Virus record (IMG/VR): IMGVR_UViG_2863357390_000001
DNA: 64,000 nt
Direction: 5' to 3' (one strand)
Source of the DNA: a virus
Lineage: Duplodnaviria; Caudoviricetes
Below are positions 8,692-17,139 of this stretch, one piece after another. The position numbers and the translations under genes were made by a program. Numbering within the stretch: the first letter of the stretch is position 1; each line of letters opens with the position of its first letter. Below the pieces are notes generated by a model. That model searched no databases, was not told where the DNA came from, and saw only the letters and a program-made list of their open reading frames with translations.

Positions 8692-9216
8692 TCAAGCGCC
8701 CGAAACCTGTCCGGGGCGCGGAAAACTCCCCGGCACCGGCCAGTGCTCGATGTCCCCGCCGTCGATCAGCCACAGGTGCCCGTCGACGTCGGCGTAGTTG
8801 TCCCGACAGGTCTGCGGCGCGGCCTGGCGGATCGCGGCGAGCCGGGCGGGATCGACTTCCGCGCCGCTGTCGGGCAGGTACGGCATCGCCACGACGACAC
8901 ACTCGAAGCCCCACTCGTCCAGCACCGTCCACAGCGTGGTCGGCGGTGCCCACGGGGCACCCGCTTGACGCCACGCGGTCAGCGCCTCGTGCTCGTACCG
9001 GTTGCCGGCGTCGCGCCCGACCTTGTAGACGACTCCGTCGATCAGCCACGCCACGCACCGCTCGCCCCGGCCGATCAACCGCTTGTGCAGGCGCGGATCG
9101 TCCTCGTGCGCGTCGTCGTGGAGCATGAGCGAGATGTCGTGGTCGTCGTAGTCGTGGTAGCCCAGTGCCGCCGAGGCCGCGTCGCGCCGGTTTCCGACGG
9201 GGCGGTCAGACCTCAA
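8692..9216 (-). CDS. Minimal protein-kinase-like fold protein (putative)
   Basis: TTG start coupled to the upstream stop; IGRG, VYKV, YE, AMPYL, DN, WLIDGG in kinase order. Confidence 0.5.
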   Translation of the reverse strand: MRSDRPVGNRRDAASAALGYHDYDDHDISLMLHDDAHEDDPRLHKRLIGRGERCVAWLIDGVVYKVGRDAGNRYEHEALTAWRQAGAPWAPPTTLWTVLDEWGFECVVVAMPYLPDSGAEVDPARLAAIRQAAPQTCRDNYADVDGHLWLIDGGDIEHWPVPGSFPRPGQVSGA

Positions 9217-9938
9217 AGGATCTCCCCCCACAGGCTCTCCGCGGTCACCTCGTCGGTGATGTGGCCGTCGTTCCGCAGGCTGGTGCGGGCGGGGCTGGTC
9301 ATCGTCAGCACCAGCGGCTGCTGCTGCCGGACCTCCTCGACCGTCATCCCGGCCACCTCCGCGATCTGCTCCACGGTCAGCGGGCACGGCTCGAGCGTGC
9401 GTACCCGACGCACGGCGTACCGGCGGGCCGCGAAGGCCTCCAGCAGCCCGGTTCGGTCCGGACGCGCGTACGAGGAGGCGACCCGGTCGGCTTCCGCGCG
9501 CAGCAGTGCCAGCGAGTCGGCGTGGGCCTCGGCCCGCGCACGCTGTTCGGCCTCGCGTTCCCTCTCGTGGAGGGCCTGGTCCAGGCGGGCCCGGGCGACG
9601 ACCGTCACGAGCGCGTCCAGGACCTGGTCGGGGTCGGACAGGTCGAAGCCGTACTCCCAGCGGCGCGTCCCGTAGACGTACGGGTGGTCCGGGTCGTCGT
9701 TGTGGTTCTCCTCGGTCAGATGCGGCGCCGCGGCCTGCACCCAGTCCAGGCGTTCCGTGCCGACCACGCCGGCCTGGCCGGTCTCGACCAGCTCCTGCTG
9801 GTGCCAGGCGGCCAGGACGGTGACGCCGTCGGCCAGGGTCGCGCGCAGCCGCCACCGGGTGCGCGGGAGCGGTGCCTCCTCGACGATGCGGTGGGCGAGG
9901 GCGACGAGTTCGCCACGGCCCTCGGGCGTGTCGGTCAT
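9213..9938 (-). CDS. Hypothetical phage protein
   Basis: 241-aa ORF with RBS. Confidence 0.7.
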   Translation of the reverse strand: MTDTPEGRGELVALAHRIVEEAPLPRTRWRLRATLADGVTVLAAWHQQELVETGQAGVVGTERLDWVQAAAPHLTEENHNDDPDHPYVYGTRRWEYGFDLSDPDQVLDALVTVVARARLDQALHEREREAEQRARAEAHADSLALLRAEADRVASSYARPDRTGLLEAFAARRYAVRRVRTLEPCPLTVEQIAEVAGMTVEEVRQQQPLVLTMTSPARTSLRNDGHITDEVTAESLWGEIL

Positions 9939-9996
9939 GGAGTGTCCTCTCGGTGGTCGTCGGGGTGTCGGGTGGTGACGTCGGCGCGCGGCGCGG

Positions 9997-10092
9997 TCAC
10001 GCGGTCCTCTCGGCGGTGTCCTCGGCGCGGCCGCGGATGTCCACGTCGGCGCGCGCGTACTCCTGCTGGACGTCCGAGGACGCCAACGGCAT
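9997..10092 (-). CDS. Possible 31-aa peptide
   Basis: TGATG coupling to the upstream gene. Confidence 0.35.
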   Translation of the reverse strand: MPLASSDVQQEYARADVDIRGRAEDTAERTA

Positions 10093-10490
10093 CAGTTCGC
10101 CTCCAGCCAGCCGAGCACGGTGGACCGCTCCACCCCGGCCCGGCGGGCGAACGCGCCGGGCGAGTCCGGGTTGTGCCGCCCACGGACACCGACCCGGACG
10201 GTCATCACGGCGACTTGGCGCAGCGCGGCCAGCGCTTCGATCTCGGCCCGGCGTGCCCTGGTCCGCTCGGCCGCGAGGGTTTCGACGAGGTCGTCCTCGC
10301 CGAGCAGGACGCGGTAGGCGGCGGTGAGCGCGGCGGTGCGTTCGTCCTCGTTGTCGGGGTCGGGCCACGTGGCGGCGATCCGGTCGGCCTCGTCGCGCAG
10401 CCGTGCGAGCCGTTCGTCGTCGAGGCCGTGGTCGTCGCCGAGCCACGCCTCGATCTGGTAGTCCTGCACGGGTCGGGGGGTGTCAGTCAT
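10092..10490 (-). CDS. Actinophage protein with C-terminal HTH
   Basis: GAFARRAGVERSTVLGWL HTH; GAGGAAG RBS. Confidence 0.75.
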   Translation of the reverse strand: MTDTPRPVQDYQIEAWLGDDHGLDDERLARLRDEADRIAATWPDPDNEDERTAALTAAYRVLLGEDDLVETLAAERTRARRAEIEALAALRQVAVMTVRVGVRGRHNPDSPGAFARRAGVERSTVLGWLEAN

Positions 10491-10830
10491 CGTCTTCCTC
10501 GTCGTCGATGGTGTCGCAGGCGAAGCAGTCGCACGGGTAGTCGGCGACGGGGCCGCCGACCGCCCGTGCGAACGCGTCGCCCTCCTCGGTGCGGTGTCCG
10601 GCCGGGGCGTGGAAGACCCCGACCTGGGTGTCCGCGGCCCGATAGAGGGCGCGGGCGAGCCCTTCGCCGCGTCGGTCGGATCGGGTCTCGATGTTGGCGA
10701 TCTCGTGGGTGTCGACGAAGACGTACAGCTCGGCGGCGACACCTCGACCGTCGAGGATTTCCCAGATGAGGTACCGGCCCCCGTCTCCGAGGTAGTCGCC
10801 GGCGCGTCGGGCGATCGTCTCCGTCATCAT
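10483..10830 (-). CDS. GNAT-like acetyltransferase, probably leaderless
   Basis: IANIET...RRGEGLARALY motif A. Confidence 0.6.
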   Translation of the reverse strand: MMTETIARRAGDYLGDGGRYLIWEILDGRGVAAELYVFVDTHEIANIETRSDRRGEGLARALYRAADTQVGVFHAPAGHRTEEGDAFARAVGGPVADYPCDCFACDTIDDEEDDD

Positions 10831-10870
10831 GTTGTACACACTACATGACTCATGCGGTGTGCACAACATG
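10828..10870. promoter_or_regulatory. Palindromic promoter cassette
   Basis: 13/14-bp inverted repeat; - strand TTGTGC-17-TAGTGT, 7 nt before ATG 10830. Confidence 0.7.
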
Positions 10871-10971
10871 ATGGTTGCCGCTGGACGCAGCGTCCCGACC
10901 ACATCATTCGGTCTCCGGACGGCACTGGCCCACCATGGCTTCGAGGCCGGCGCGCGTCGGTGTGCAGAGAT

Positions 10972-11283
10972 CTACTCGCCGTCGCCGTTCCCGTGGTCGC
11001 GGTACCACCGCAGCCACGACCAGGGCCTCACCCACACACCCCACGGCATCATCGACTCCTCGGTCCCGGTCAACCCCGCGACCCCGACCTCGATCAGCCG
11101 CATCCCGCCCAGGACGACCACCACGACCGCGGGCGCGACGGCCGGGGCCAGCCACCACGGCCACCGGACGTCCCGGGCCACGTCGGACCACCTGTCCGCC
11201 TCGACCGCGACGACCACGCACCACCCCAGGCCCAAGGCCGCGCTGACGGTTTCCCTGAGCAGCTCCCGGTTCGTCTTCTTCAC
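10972..11283 (-). CDS. Small membrane protein
   Basis: GTGA coupling to cas8e; two hydrophobic segments. Confidence 0.6.
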   Translation of the reverse strand: MKKTNRELLRETVSAALGLGWCVVVAVEADRWSDVARDVRWPWWLAPAVAPAVVVVVLGGMRLIEVGVAGLTGTEESMMPWGVWVRPWSWLRWYRDHGNGDGE

Positions 11284-13151
11284 GACGACTCCTCTCCTTC
11301 CCGTTCCGTGTCGTCCGGTGCGGCGCCCGGAGCACGTCGCCCCGGCGTGGTCAGCGCCGCCTCGGGATCCCACCCGTTGATCAGCCGCGACCGCAGCGCC
11401 GACACCGAGACCACGCAGCGCTCGTCACGCGCCCACTGCGCCTGGGTCTTCTCCTCCCCGAACGCCACCAGCATCGGCGACGGCCTCCCCCCGCCCGCAC
11501 CGCGTCCGGACCCGGGCTTCCGCCCGCCGGACCGCCGGGCCCTCGCGCCCGCCGCCGCGGCGGCGAACGCCCGCGCCTGTACCGGGGTGACCTTTCTCGG
11601 ATAGGGCTTGGTGGGCAGGTCGGTGAAGTACGCCACGTACCGCTCCAACGCGACCCCGGCCTTCGCACGCATCAACATGCCCGACGAGCCGCCGAACGGC
11701 AGCCGGTCCAAGGCCTGCGCGCACAGCCCGACCAGTCGCCGGCCGTAGTCCAGGCACACCCCGGCCAGCTCCTCGTGGGACGGGTCGGTGTCCAGCGCGG
11801 CCAGCCGGCGGGTCGTGTCGGACCACAGCCGCTCCAGCGCGTAGGCGTCGGGCGTGAGCCTGTCGCCGAGGGTGACGTGCGGCAGCGCCTCGGCCGCGGC
11901 GACGGCCAGGCCGCGCAGCGTGGCCGCCGTCTGGTGGTCGAGGAACGCCACCACGCGCGCGGTGGGCTCGGCGGCGTGCACCCCGACCGGTCCCAGGTCG
12001 ACCCGGCCGTTGTGGTCGCCGACGGCCACGGAGCCGTGCGTGTTGTAGACGGCCTGGGACACCCACACCCGCAGCGGCAGGTCGGCGGGCAGCAGGCCGC
12101 GCCGGGCCGCGCCGACGGCGTGCACCAGTGCGCCGCTGTGCCAGCGGCGGGGGTCGGCGGCGGGCGGGACGTGCAACGGCCGGGTGAGCAGCCACCACCG
12201 GGGCTGGTGGCCGTACGGGTCGAACGCGTCGGGGTCCGCCGTGCCCTGGCCGTCCCGGGAGTCGCGGCACAGCAGGGTCGGGTCCAGGCGGTGGTAGTGG
12301 TTCCAGTACCCGGCGACCCGGTCCCCGTCGTGCCACGCCCACCGGGCCACCCGGCCGTCCCGGTCGGGGAACAGCCTCAGCCGGCGCGCGGGCATCGTGG
12401 CCAGCTCCAGCCGCCCGGCCGGGACGCGGTCGACGCGGATGCCCGCCGGCGGGCCCTCGTCGCGTTCCCACTCCGGGGCGTCGCCCGGCGCGCGGGGCGC
12501 GGGCGGCAGGTTGAGCAGCAGCGTGTCCTTGAGGGTGGCGCCGAGCACGACCAGCCGGACGGTGGCGCCCAGCGGGCCGATCCGGGACCCGTAGACCTTG
12601 TTCCCCTTCCCGGCGGGGTCGCCGGGCGCGGCGGGTTTGATCCCGCCGGTGTCGTAGGCCATGCGGACGAGCAGGTTCCGGGCCGCCTCGCCCGGCTCCC
12701 ACGGCGGGTGGTCCGCGCCCCGGTACAGGCCGGGGTGGAACCACGCCGCGCCCTGCCCGCCCAGCCAAGCGGGGTGCAGCTCGACCGCGCCCCGGTTCGG
12801 CTCGGCCAGGTGGGCGCACTGGGCGAAGGGCCGGTCGGGGTCGTACAGGTCGAACCGGTTCGCCCACCGGTCGAGGTAGTCGGCGATCCGGCCGTGCGGG
12901 TCCAGGGTCGGCGCCCGCCAGGCGGCGTCCCACCCGTCGTCGTCGACGGGTCCGGCGGCGGCCTCGTAGACGGCCAGCAGCAGCCGCAGCAGGACCAGGC
13001 CCTCGCCGGACAGGCCGAGGCGGGCGAGGTTGTGCCGGTGCGCGGACTGCAGCGCCTCGCGCAGTCCCACCTCCCGTTCGCCCTCGCCCCCGGTGGTGTA
13101 CACCGGGATCCAGGGCCGGGAGAGCAGGTCGTAGGACGGGGCGCCGGTCAC
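11280..13151 (-). CDS. cas8e: Orphan type I-E Cas8e (Cse1/CasA) homolog with C-terminal extension
   Basis: YDLLSRPWIPV, EVGLREAL, LLRLLLAV, RFDLYDPDRPFAQ, EAARNLL...AYDTGGIK, LGATLKDTLLLNL. Confidence 0.85.
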   Translation of the reverse strand: MTGAPSYDLLSRPWIPVYTTGGEGEREVGLREALQSAHRHNLARLGLSGEGLVLLRLLLAVYEAAAGPVDDDGWDAAWRAPTLDPHGRIADYLDRWANRFDLYDPDRPFAQCAHLAEPNRGAVELHPAWLGGQGAAWFHPGLYRGADHPPWEPGEAARNLLVRMAYDTGGIKPAAPGDPAGKGNKVYGSRIGPLGATVRLVVLGATLKDTLLLNLPPAPRAPGDAPEWERDEGPPAGIRVDRVPAGRLELATMPARRLRLFPDRDGRVARWAWHDGDRVAGYWNHYHRLDPTLLCRDSRDGQGTADPDAFDPYGHQPRWWLLTRPLHVPPAADPRRWHSGALVHAVGAARRGLLPADLPLRVWVSQAVYNTHGSVAVGDHNGRVDLGPVGVHAAEPTARVVAFLDHQTAATLRGLAVAAAEALPHVTLGDRLTPDAYALERLWSDTTRRLAALDTDPSHEELAGVCLDYGRRLVGLCAQALDRLPFGGSSGMLMRAKAGVALERYVAYFTDLPTKPYPRKVTPVQARAFAAAAAGARARRSGGRKPGSGRGAGGGRPSPMLVAFGEEKTQAQWARDERCVVSVSALRSRLINGWDPEAALTTPGRRAPGAAPDDTEREGEESS

Positions 13152-13864
13152 GCGTCGTCACCGGTGGGCCGGGCGGCGTGGACGGTGTCGTGGCCCTCGG
13201 TGGTGACGGTGACCACGAGGATCGGGTCGTCGCCGTCCCGGCGGACGGTGACGCGCACGGCGTCGTAGGCGGCGGTGTCGTCGAGGTCCCACTCGTCGAC
13301 GTACCGTCCGGCTAGGCGCAGCGCGGCGTCCTCGTGGTCCTCCTGCCCGCCGTACTCGTTCTCGCCCAGCATGTCGCGGTCGGATTCGACGCGCTGCCAG
13401 TCGCCGTCGATCTCGTGGGTCTCGATGGTGTAGGCGAACTTGCACTGGGGGACGCCGTCGACGTCGGTGCGGTGCCACCAGACGGTGCCCTGCTCGGCGC
13501 AGTCGGCGAGCTGGCGGACCTCGTACTCGTAGCGGGCGTCGGCTTCGGTCCGGTCGTCGGTGTCGGCGTAGTGGGTGCCGTTGTTGTCCATGGTGCGCAC
13601 GGCCCACCGGACGACCTGCTCGGCGTGTCCGCGTCGGGAGAGCACGGTGTCGGTGTTCGGGTCGGTCACGGGCGGCTCCTCGACCCAGACGCGGCCGGCG
13701 ACGTACTGGATGAGGTCGACGCCGAAGGTGGTCTGGCCGATCTTGTCGGTGCAGTCGGAGGAGCGCTTGACCGATCCCCGGTTGATGGTCTCGACGAGGG
13801 CGTCGACGGTCTCTTTCAGGGCTTCGACGACGGTGGTCTCGTAGTCGCTGCGGAGGATGCGCAT
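13148..13864 (-). CDS. Acidic hypothetical protein
   Basis: GGAG RBS; GTGA-coupled to cas8e. Confidence 0.7.
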   Translation of the reverse strand: MRILRSDYETTVVEALKETVDALVETINRGSVKRSSDCTDKIGQTTFGVDLIQYVAGRVWVEEPPVTDPNTDTVLSRRGHAEQVVRWAVRTMDNNGTHYADTDDRTEADARYEYEVRQLADCAEQGTVWWHRTDVDGVPQCKFAYTIETHEIDGDWQRVESDRDMLGENEYGGQEDHEDAALRLAGRYVDEWDLDDTAAYDAVRVTVRRDGDDPILVVTVTTEGHDTVHAARPTGDDA

Positions 13865-13894
13865 CGGGGCTCCGGTGGTGTGGCGGTCGGTTGT

Positions 13895-13974
13895 GTGCCA
13901 CCACCGTAGCCAAACCAACAAAACATAGTCAACTAATTGCGGAGGTTTTGTTGTTTGAACTAGGGTGGTGGCAC
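13895..13974. promoter_or_regulatory. Palindromic divergent promoter pair
   Basis: 25/30-bp inverted repeat; + strand TTGCGG-18-TAGGGT, - strand TTGACT-18-TACGGT. Confidence 0.8.
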
Positions 13975-13993
13975 GACAACCTCGGAGGCCCGC

Positions 13994-14332
13994 GTGATCA
14001 CCACCGACCTGGACACCGTCCTGGCCACCCTCGACCGCACCGACCTGCACTGCCGCTGCCCCCGCCCCGACACCTGCCGCGACGTCCACGCCGAGCACGA
14101 GGACCTCCCGCGCGGCGAGTACGGCCTGGCCTTCGTCCACCCCGACGGCCGCCTGCACCGCGCCGCCAACGCCGAGGCGTTCGGCCAGCAGGGCGCCCAG
14201 TACGCGACCCTGGCCGACGTGCTCGCCGCACTCGACGACTGGACCGAGTACCTGCACGAGCTGGTCGTGGTCCACCGCGACACCCGACAGACCCGCCCCG
14301 CCGCCGACGTCCACCGCGCCCGGGCCTGGTAA
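13994..14332 (+). CDS. Hypothetical phage protein
   Basis: GGAGG RBS, GTG start. Confidence 0.7.
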   Translation: MITTDLDTVLATLDRTDLHCRCPRPDTCRDVHAEHEDLPRGEYGLAFVHPDGRLHRAANAEAFGQQGAQYATLADVLAALDDWTEYLHELVVVHRDTRQTRPAADVHRARAW

Positions 14333-14376
14333 GCCCGACCCGGGGCCCGGGGGATGCGTCCGCGTCGCGGGGCGGT

Positions 14377-15102
14377 TCAGGGGGTGTGCGCCGGGTCCGG
14401 CGCGAACCCGTCTCGGTACGGCCTGCGCGGGGCGTAGGTGCGCCCGACGAGTCCGGCCAGCTCCCAGGGCACCTCCGCCTCGCTGATGCGCAGGTGGTAG
14501 CAGGGGCACCAGTGGTCGTGCACGGAGGACCTGAGGTCGGCGTCCGTGCACCGGTGCACGCCGTCCGCGTTGGCCGTGCACCGGTGGGTGTCCGACCACG
14601 CGGCCCAGCACTGGCCGGCCCGGTCGATCACCGCGCGCAGCAGGTCGACGACTGCGGTACGCGGGTGGAACTCGGCGCCGTACTCCACGCCGAGCGCGTA
14701 GCGGGCCCGGTCCGGGTCGTCACCGACCACGGCGGCGAGCGCGGCCAGGTCGACGACCTCCGGGTCGACAAGCAGGGCGGAAAGTTCGGCGACGATGTCG
14801 CCGGGGGCATGGGGGCGGGTGTCGGTCATCTGTCCTCCACGGGGGTCAGGGCCGCGCTGCCCGGTGATTCGCATCCCGGCCGTGTCGAGCACGTAGTAGA
14901 GACCGTGCTCGCCGCTGATGAAGTCGCTGTCGTCCAGGTCGTCACACCGTGCCAGGCGGTAGCCGCGAGGGAACGGGGCGCCTGGGTCCGGGTCGTCGAC
15001 GGCCCAGAGCCGCCACATGCTGCCCTCGGGGTCTGGTGCCTCGAAGACGCCGCTGCCGATGCCGCCGATCGGCTCCCATTGCGGGAGCGGCTTGGAATTC
15101 AT
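14377..15102 (-). CDS. Hypothetical protein (internal RBS and ATG at 14829)
   Basis: GGAGG RBS at both starts. Confidence 0.6.
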   Translation of the reverse strand: MNSKPLPQWEPIGGIGSGVFEAPDPEGSMWRLWAVDDPDPGAPFPRGYRLARCDDLDDSDFISGEHGLYYVLDTAGMRITGQRGPDPRGGQMTDTRPHAPGDIVAELSALLVDPEVVDLAALAAVVGDDPDRARYALGVEYGAEFHPRTAVVDLLRAVIDRAGQCWAAWSDTHRCTANADGVHRCTDADLRSSVHDHWCPCYHLRISEAEVPWELAGLVGRTYAPRRPYRDGFAPDPAHTP

Positions 15103-15193
15103 GAAACCTCCAGAGGGTTCGGGGTCAGATCGCGGTGGACCGCGCCCGATCGACGTCGAGTGGAGCAGATACGGAGATCTGCGGGTACATCGG

Positions 15194-15928
15194 TCATCGG
15201 GTGATCCAGGGCCACACGCCGGGCAGCAGCAGCACGGCGGCCACCACGCACACCGGCCACACCACCCACAGCTCGACCCGGCCCCCGGTGCGGAACCTCC
15301 ACCAGGGCGGCGGGCCGAGTTCGTACCACGTCTCCCCGAGGATCGGGACCGGCCAGAGGATCGGGCAGCCGGAGATGGTCATCGCGTCGCCCAGGCAGTG
15401 CACCAGGCAGCCCACGCCGACCGCGATCCCCAGCCAGCCGGTGATGGCGGCGAGTTCGGCGCCCGGGTCGCCGCGGCCGACCCACACCAGCCACACGGTG
15501 ACCACGGCGGCGGCGACCCAGTCGCCGAGGGCGTCGACCGCGAGCAGCACCGCGACCGCGAGCACGACCACCGCCGCCCACGTCCCGGACGAGGACACCC
15601 ACCACGTGGTGGCCGCGCCGACGAGTATGGCGAACGCGAGGGTGTGGGTGAGGTGGCGGTGGGTGCCGTCCAAGTCCTCGTCGCGCGGGCCCCGGGTGGC
15701 CCGGTAGGCCAGCCCGGACAGTCCTTGCACGATCCGGGACAGCAGCCGGGTGACCGGGGCGGCGAACCGGCTCGCGCGGGAGCCGGGGTGGTCGAGGTCG
15801 GGCAGGAGCGCGGACCCGGCGGTCACGGCGGCGACCGTGACGGCCTGGCCCAGGCCGTGGGCGCCGAGCAGCGGGGCGAGGGCCAGTCCGGCGCACCAGC
15901 CGGTGAGCGCGTGCGTGGAACCCAGCAT
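15194..15928 (-). CDS. YdjM-like membrane metal-dependent hydrolase
   Basis: THAL, LPDLDHP, HRHLTHT, HCLGD motifs. Confidence 0.85.
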   Translation of the reverse strand: MLGSTHALTGWCAGLALAPLLGAHGLGQAVTVAAVTAGSALLPDLDHPGSRASRFAAPVTRLLSRIVQGLSGLAYRATRGPRDEDLDGTHRHLTHTLAFAILVGAATTWWVSSSGTWAAVVVLAVAVLLAVDALGDWVAAAVVTVWLVWVGRGDPGAELAAITGWLGIAVGVGCLVHCLGDAMTISGCPILWPVPILGETWYELGPPPWWRFRTGGRVELWVVWPVCVVAAVLLLPGVWPWITR

Positions 15929-15942
15929 CAGGGGTCTCCCGG

Positions 15943-17115
15943 TCAGACGACGGCGCGCAGGCCGTGGCGCAGGTCGGCGTTGAGGGCTTCGCGGATCTCG
16001 CGGGCGCGGGCGGCTCCGACGGACAGGGCTTCACGGACGGCCTGCTCGGTGTAGCTGCCCCGCGCGCCGGGCTGGAGCCGACCCGACTCGATCAGTCGAC
16101 GGGCGGCGTCGAGCTGTCCGTCGAGAGTCGGGTCGGTCGGGTCGGCATCGGAGTCGGGTCGGGTCGGGTCGGGTTCGGTCGACTGCTTCTGAGTCGGGTC
16201 GGCCAGTCGGGTTGCCGGAGTCGGGTCGGCTTCCGGCTCGCCGGTCGGGTCGGGTGAGTCGGCTACCGGGTCGGGTCGGTCGGTCGGGCAGTCGGCTTGT
16301 CGGGTCGGGTCCGGTTCCCGCGCGGTCGGCAGGGTCGGCTTGCCCGACTCGACCGGTCGGGCCGGGTCGGGTCGACTACCCGACTCACCCGACTCTCGCA
16401 GGTCAGGCCCAGAGTCGGGTTCGAGTCGGGTACCCGACTCGGCCACGCGAGTCGGGTACCCGACCCGGCCCGTCGGGTCGGGTGGGACCGGCGAGTCGGC
16501 AGGTGAGTCGGCTACCGGGTCGGGTCGGGTCGGCTTCGCGGAGTCGGCCGGCTCGACGTGGGTCGGGTAGTCGGACAGGCGACCGGTCGGGTAGCCGACC
16601 GGCCCGACCGCGAGTCGGGTACCCGACCCGACCCGACCCGACCGGGAGTCGAGCCAGGCCCGCAGCACCGCGCCGAACGCATGCACCAGCACGCCGACCA
16701 TGATCGGCACGGCGACCGACAGCAGCATCACCACCAGATCCCACCGGCCCGGCAGGTGCCAGCCGGCCATCGAGTCGGGCATCACCGCCCGGGTCGTGCC
16801 GCCGGGCACCGCGATCGAGTGCCCGGCGAGGTTGACCACGACCGACAGGCCGGTGGCGCCGACCAGCAGGCCCAGTCCCCAGGCGCGGACCTGCCGGTCG
16901 CGGGCGACGACGTGCATCACCGCCCCCGCGGAGGCGGCGAGGTCGAGGACGACCGGCCCGAGCGGCGCGGTGCGGGGCCCCCAGCCGCCGAGCATCATCA
17001 CCGGCAACTGCTGCTCGAACGACAGGACGAACGCGCCGCCGGCCAGGGGCAGCAGCAGGGCGCCGAGGACGGCGACGAGCCATCCGGGCGTGGGGGTGGT
17101 GTGGGGTGCGGTCAC
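15943..17115 (-). CDS. Spd/DUF2637-like transfer-spreading membrane protein with C-terminal HTH
   Basis: Four TM helices (AFVLSF...LD...LSVVVN), low-complexity linker, terminal HTH; start could be ATG 17391. Confidence 0.7.
   Translation of the reverse strand: MTAPHTTPTPGWLVAVLGALLLPLAGGAFVLSFEQQLPVMMLGGWGPRTAPLGPVVLDLAASAGAVMHVVARDRQVRAWGLGLLVGATGLSVVVNLAGHSIAVPGGTTRAVMPDSMAGWHLPGRWDLVVMLLSVAVPIMVGVLVHAFGAVLRAWLDSRSGRVGSGTRLAVGPVGYPTGRLSDYPTHVEPADSAKPTRPDPVADSPADSPVPPDPTGRVGYPTRVAESGTRLEPDSGPDLRESGESGSRPDPARPVESGKPTLPTAREPDPTRQADCPTDRPDPVADSPDPTGEPEADPTPATRLADPTQKQSTEPDPTRPDSDADPTDPTLDGQLDAARRLIESGRLQPGARGSYTEQAVREALSVGAARAREIREALNADLRHGLRAVV
16081..16642. repeat. Dense GTCGG/CCGAC pentamer array with palindromes
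   Basis: Tandem (GTCGG)n; GTCGGGTACCCGAC palindrome three times. Confidence 0.85.
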
Positions 17116-17139
17116 GGCGTCTTCCTGGTGTTTTGCCTG

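Noticed and set aside
10868-11380. Rightward ORF from the 10.8 kb cassette
   Set aside because: The -10 is degenerate, the product is low-complexity, and it is antisense to coupled minus-strand genes.
2192-13151. Complete type I-E or type IV-A system
   Set aside because: No cse2, cas7e, cas5e, cas3, cas1/2 or dinG; the effector order and cysH match IV-B.
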